A stretch of 64,000 nucleotides of DNA, taken from NCBI GenBank assembly GCA_027036135.1, contig JALVSY010000007.1, positions 580,880-644,879 on the forward strand, in the 5' to 3' direction. Position 1 is the first letter of the stretch. Every line of letters begins with the position of its first letter. Under the pieces are notes generated by a model, which had not been told where the DNA came from, did not search any database, and saw nothing but the letters and a program-made list of their open reading frames with translations. Positions 59,621 to 64,000 of the stretch are shown here, in pieces. The translations under genes were made by a program, and so were the position numbers. The stretch comes from Pyrodictiaceae archaeon (GTDB lineage Archaea; Thermoproteota; Thermoprotei_A; Sulfolobales; Pyrodictiaceae).

Positions 59621-60772
59621 ATGCCCGAGGAACTCTACGAGAAAGAACACCTCTACCCCCCGGAAGAATACGTGAGAGTGGACGCTGATTCCCTAAAGGA
59701 GTTCGTCTCAAGCGTTTACCAGAAACTAGGCCTAAGAAAAGAATACGCCGACAGGATAGCCGATAACCTCGTCGCCGCAGACCTAATGGGTATCTCAAGT
59801 CACGGGGTTCAGAGAATAAGGAGGTATATCGGGGGCATCAGGGTAGGTTCCATAAACCTCAACCCACGCATAAGAATAGTAGCTGATGCTGGCGCAGCAG
59901 CCCTAGTTGACGGCGATAATGGCCCCGGCCAGGTAGTCGGGACCTATGCGATGAACCTAGCCATAGAGAAGGCAAAGAAGTATGGAGTGGGAGTCGTCTT
60001 CGTGAGGAGGAGCCATCACTACGGCATCGCTGGCTACTATGCCCTAATGGCTGTTGAGCACAACATGATAGGGGTCTCGATGACCAATGCTAGGCCCCTA
60101 GTAGCCTACGTGAACACACTAAGCAAGTACCTAGGCACAAACCCTATAGCAATAGCTGCTCCGAGGAGGAACCCGCCACCATTCCTCTTCGACGCCGCTA
60201 CGAGCACGGTCCCCGTAGGCAAGGTAGAGATATACGCGAAGACGGGGAAAAAGGTCCCGCACGGCTGGGCAGTAAGCCTCGAGGATGGAAGAGAGCTAAC
60301 AGGCGACGCGGCACCAATACTGGATGCGATAAAGAAGGGTAAAGCCGCCCTACTACCTCTCGGAGGACTCGGCGAGGAGACAGGCGGCCATAAGGGAACA
60401 GGGTTCGCATTAATAGTTGAGCTACTATCAGCCATAGTTAGTGGAGCCGCGTGGACGATACATGTGCGCAACACAACTGACCCCCAGCCAGCAAACGTGG
60501 GCCACTTCTTCATGGCAATAAACATAGGCGCACTAATGCCTCTAGAGGAGTTCTACGACAGGCTCGAGAAAATGATAGAGGAGATCAAGAACCTACCCAA
60601 GCACCCACAGGCAGATAGGATATGGATACCTGGAGAAAAAGCATGGCTCACAATGCAGACACGCAAGAAAATAGGCATACCACTACACCGCAACGTCTTC
60701 AATGACTTAAAGAAAGTCGCAGAGGAAGTAGGAGTACCCTTCACAGTGAAAGTGCTCAAAGAAACAGCATAA
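59621..60772 (+). CDS. Type-2 malate/L-lactate dehydrogenase (Ldh_2 family)
   Basis: ADL.GISSHG, SHHYG, GTNPIA, GGHKGTG, IPGE. Confidence 0.92.
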   Translation: MPEELYEKEHLYPPEEYVRVDADSLKEFVSSVYQKLGLRKEYADRIADNLVAADLMGISSHGVQRIRRYIGGIRVGSINLNPRIRIVADAGAAALVDGDNGPGQVVGTYAMNLAIEKAKKYGVGVVFVRRSHHYGIAGYYALMAVEHNMIGVSMTNARPLVAYVNTLSKYLGTNPIAIAAPRRNPPPFLFDAATSTVPVGKVEIYAKTGKKVPHGWAVSLEDGRELTGDAAPILDAIKKGKAALLPLGGLGEETGGHKGTGFALIVELLSAIVSGAAWTIHVRNTTDPQPANVGHFFMAINIGALMPLEEFYDRLEKMIEEIKNLPKHPQADRIWIPGEKAWLTMQTRKKIGIPLHRNVFNDLKKVAEEVGVPFTVKVLKETA

Positions 60773-60807
60773 ACTATGTATCTCGTTTTAGGCTAACCAG
60801 CTAGTTC

Positions 60808-62013
60808 CTAGTCTTTTACTATTCTACCCCGGACAATCGTCGCTGCTACATCGAGACACTTTTGCAACGAGTAGAGCATATAGGGTGTTAGCGTCGCTTT
60901 CGAGTAATAGTTGAATATTGTTCTGCTATGTGTCTCCCTTGCTACGACTATGCTTGCTCGGTATCCTGGCTCGAGGAGGCCTAGGTCGGTTACCCCTAGC
61001 AGTTTTGCGGGCCGAAGAGATACCAGTTCTAGGTAGTTCTCTATGCTTAGTGCTCCTCGGCTAACTAGGCAGTAGAGAATGCTAGGCCAGTGCTCTAGCC
61101 ATGGTACCCCGGGTGGGCATAGTAGGGGATCCCCTGTTTTCTCCCTCGGTGAGTGGGGTGCGTGGTCGCTTGCTACTAGGCTTATCTCCCTGCCCAGGAG
61201 GAGTTGGAGCATTTGCTGCTTCTCAGCCAGTCCTCTTATTGGGGGGTTTACTCGGTGCAGGCAATCGTTTCCGGGTTCTAGGAATAGGTAGGTCGGGGTA
61301 GTGTCTACGGTGAAGCCATGCCTCCTGGCAGCCCGTATCGTGCCTGGGCATGTTGCATGGGTTATGTGTATGCGTGTGCTCGGAGACAGCTCGGCTAGGT
61401 AGTCTACTGCTGCTATTTCCCAGTGGCAGTCTCGCAGTGCTCTCCTCGTGTCCTCGTTCTCAGCTACTGGTTTCTCTGCCTCTGGTAGCTCGGGGTGAAC
61501 AACTACTAGGTGGTTTGAGGAGAGTATCTTGTCCACGCTCTTTGCTCGCTCCTCGAGGTCTCGCGGATAGATCTTGAACCCGGCCACCCCTGGCACAGAG
61601 ACTAGTCTCTCAGCCTCGTCGGGGCTAGGCGGCACAGCGGCATAGACCATGTAGTCTACTAGGCTCTTTTCCCGGAGCGCTTGGAGCTTCGCCACCAGGG
61701 CTTCAATGCTGTCTAGCCGGGGCACAGTGTTCGGCATATCCGCCACGAGCACTATGCCCCCTGCAGCTGCTGCCCTTGACCCCGTGTACTCGTCCTCCTT
61801 GTAGCCCTGGCCGAGCCCGCGGAGATGGACATGGATGTCGACAAAGCCAGGTAGCACCATGTAGTCCTTGCCGCGTAGGTCTATGACCTTCTCAGCCCCT
61901 GGTGGCTCCTCACGGAACCCCTCTATGCGCTCCCCCTTGATGACGAGGCATTGCTCGCCTAGCCTGCCGCGTGGATCAACTAGCTCTGCGCAAATGACTA
62001 GTCTACTGGGCAT
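60808..62013 (-). CDS. pyrC: Dihydroorotase
   Basis: PGFVDIHVHLR, DMPNT.P, HPE, VNPP.R, SDHAPH. Confidence 0.92.
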   Translation of the reverse strand: MPSRLVICAELVDPRGRLGEQCLVIKGERIEGFREEPPGAEKVIDLRGKDYMVLPGFVDIHVHLRGLGQGYKEDEYTGSRAAAAGGIVLVADMPNTVPRLDSIEALVAKLQALREKSLVDYMVYAAVPPSPDEAERLVSVPGVAGFKIYPRDLEERAKSVDKILSSNHLVVVHPELPEAEKPVAENEDTRRALRDCHWEIAAVDYLAELSPSTRIHITHATCPGTIRAARRHGFTVDTTPTYLFLEPGNDCLHRVNPPIRGLAEKQQMLQLLLGREISLVASDHAPHSPREKTGDPLLCPPGVPWLEHWPSILYCLVSRGALSIENYLELVSLRPAKLLGVTDLGLLEPGYRASIVVARETHSRTIFNYYSKATLTPYMLYSLQKCLDVAATIVRGRIVKD

Positions 62014-62813
62014 CCCTTCTCAACCCATCTAGTGAGACTAGGCGCTGCCAGGTATGCCCCGTCCCTGCATAGGAGTAGCTCTGTGCCAGGGATGTTGCAT
62101 TTGCCGCAGAACCCCATACCGCACCTAATAATCCTCTCCGGGGCCAAGAACAGCTTATCCAGCACGCCGAGTCTCTGCGCCCACTTGTATAGAGCGCATA
62201 GCATCGGGTTAGGCCCAGCAGCATAGATGGAGGCGAAGCCGCTGACTCCTAGCCCGTCTAGCGCGTCGAGGACGGTTCCCTTCAAACCCTTGCTCCCATC
62301 CTCGGTCGCGTAGATGATTCTCGAGCCGCCAGCGTAGCTCTCTATGGGTGCTAGCTCCGCTGCGCTCCGCGCCCCATAGATGAGCAGCGTCTCTGAACCC
62401 TCCAGGGATGCTTGCCGCGCAACGGGGAGGGCGGATGCCACGCCGACACCGCCAGCAATGACGGCTATCCTCTCGCCTCGTGGCTCCGCTGGTCTACCCT
62501 GGGGGCCTATGGCTCCCGCGAACCGCGGCGGCTCCTTGACGATGCTCCGTGTTGTCTCGCCTCGCTCCTTCACGAGGAAAACCATTGTCTCCTCGTCGCT
62601 GTAGAGCGGCGATAAGGGGATGGCTTCTAGCCCGGGGACCCAGAAGAGAATGAACTGCCCAGGCCTAACCAGGGGAAATCCTTCACTCAGCACTCTGTAC
62701 TTGACCATTACTAGGCCGGGGCCGCGCCACTCCACTCTCTCTAGGCGTAGGCTAGCATAGCTATACCTCTGGGCGGCTGTGCAAAAAGCCGCTCCACTAG
62801 CGGTATTACCCAT
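61998..62813 (-). CDS. pyrK: Dihydroorotate dehydrogenase electron-transfer subunit
   Basis: PGQF, GP.G, AGGVG, CGMGFCGKC...C.DG. Confidence 0.88.
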   Translation of the reverse strand: MGNTASGAAFCTAAQRYSYASLRLERVEWRGPGLVMVKYRVLSEGFPLVRPGQFILFWVPGLEAIPLSPLYSDEETMVFLVKERGETTRSIVKEPPRFAGAIGPQGRPAEPRGERIAVIAGGVGVASALPVARQASLEGSETLLIYGARSAAELAPIESYAGGSRIIYATEDGSKGLKGTVLDALDGLGVSGFASIYAAGPNPMLCALYKWAQRLGVLDKLFLAPERIIRCGMGFCGKCNIPGTELLLCRDGAYLAAPSLTRWVEKGCPVD

Positions 62814-62819
62814 GGCGTG

Positions 62820-63296
62820 CTACCCGCCTATTAGCTGCTCCACTATATCCTCGGCTGTCAGGATAGTGCCACAGTACACACATTGTAAGCGGAGCGGATT
62901 CTTGCTGAGAACCCTGAACCTCGGCTTAATGGGCTCCCTCGGCTTCCTAGTTATGCAGGTCGGGTTGGGGCAGCGCAGAATGTTCTCAATAACGCTTGGT
63001 AACTCTACGCGCTTCTTCTCCACGACATCGTAGTCCTTCACAATGTTTATCGTCGCCGTCGGCGCTATCAGCGCTATCTTGTTCACCTCCTCTGGGCGCA
63101 GGTGGCGATTCTCTATCTTCACGATATCCTTCTTGCCGAGCTTGCGGCTCTCAACATTCATGACAACAGCTACCCTCAAGCCCTCCTCGCCGCTAATACC
63201 CAGTATCTTCAGCACGGCCAATGCGCGGCCAGCAGGTATGTGATCTATCACGGTTCCCTCGCGTATCTTCCTCACGAGAAGAGACTCAGAGCCCAG
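62820..63296 (-). CDS. pyrI: ATCase regulatory chain; probable CTG start at 63296
   Basis: GTVIDHI, KKDIVK, CPNPTC, CVYC. SD GGAGGTGA lies 6 nt before the in-frame CTG. Confidence 0.93.
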   Translation of the reverse strand: MGSESLLVRKIREGTVIDHIPAGRALAVLKILGISGEEGLRVAVVMNVESRKLGKKDIVKIENRHLRPEEVNKIALIAPTATINIVKDYDVVEKKRVELPSVIENILRCPNPTCITRKPREPIKPRFRVLSKNPLRLQCVYCGTILTAEDIVEQLIGG

Positions 63297-63302
63297 GACT
63301 GC

Positions 63303-64000
<698 letters not shown>

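Overview
This is a 64-kb archaeal chromosomal window, most likely from a hyperthermophilic Desulfurococcales/Pyrodictiaceae-like crenarchaeon (inferred from gene content, frequent TTG/GTG starts and GGAGGTGA SD motifs). Housekeeping blocks include the xerA 5' end, HARP with an Rnl3 RNA ligase, pdxST, ppsA divergent from form III RuBisCO, the LysW pathway (lysWXJK and lysYZ) with lysM and candidate LysM boxes, DUF89-serA-serC, tatA, ileS, sucCD, sua5/tsaC, acyP, a type-2 malate/lactate dehydrogenase and pyrBI-K-C. These are interspersed with at least 12 toxin-antitoxin modules or relics, concentrated in an island (28.9-33.7 kb) next to a 5'-truncated tRNA-Arg(TCG). The strongest leads are: (1) ileS lacks an in-frame ATG/GTG/TTG at its true 5' end and is overlapped by an out-of-frame M-T-I-I micro-ORF; (2) a small secreted peptide with G-x-G-[DN] repeats lies between a stand-alone B3/4 editing protein and a LysO-like exporter; (3) one VapBC cassette is nested inside another vapC, with shared flanks and inverted 8-mers; (4) a DUF89 phosphatase may substitute for SerB; (5) there are two candidate box C/D sRNAs; (6) an identical 16-mer is shared by the xerA upstream region and an IR-flanked promoter segment. 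All family calls come from motif recognition by eye; no database searches were run.
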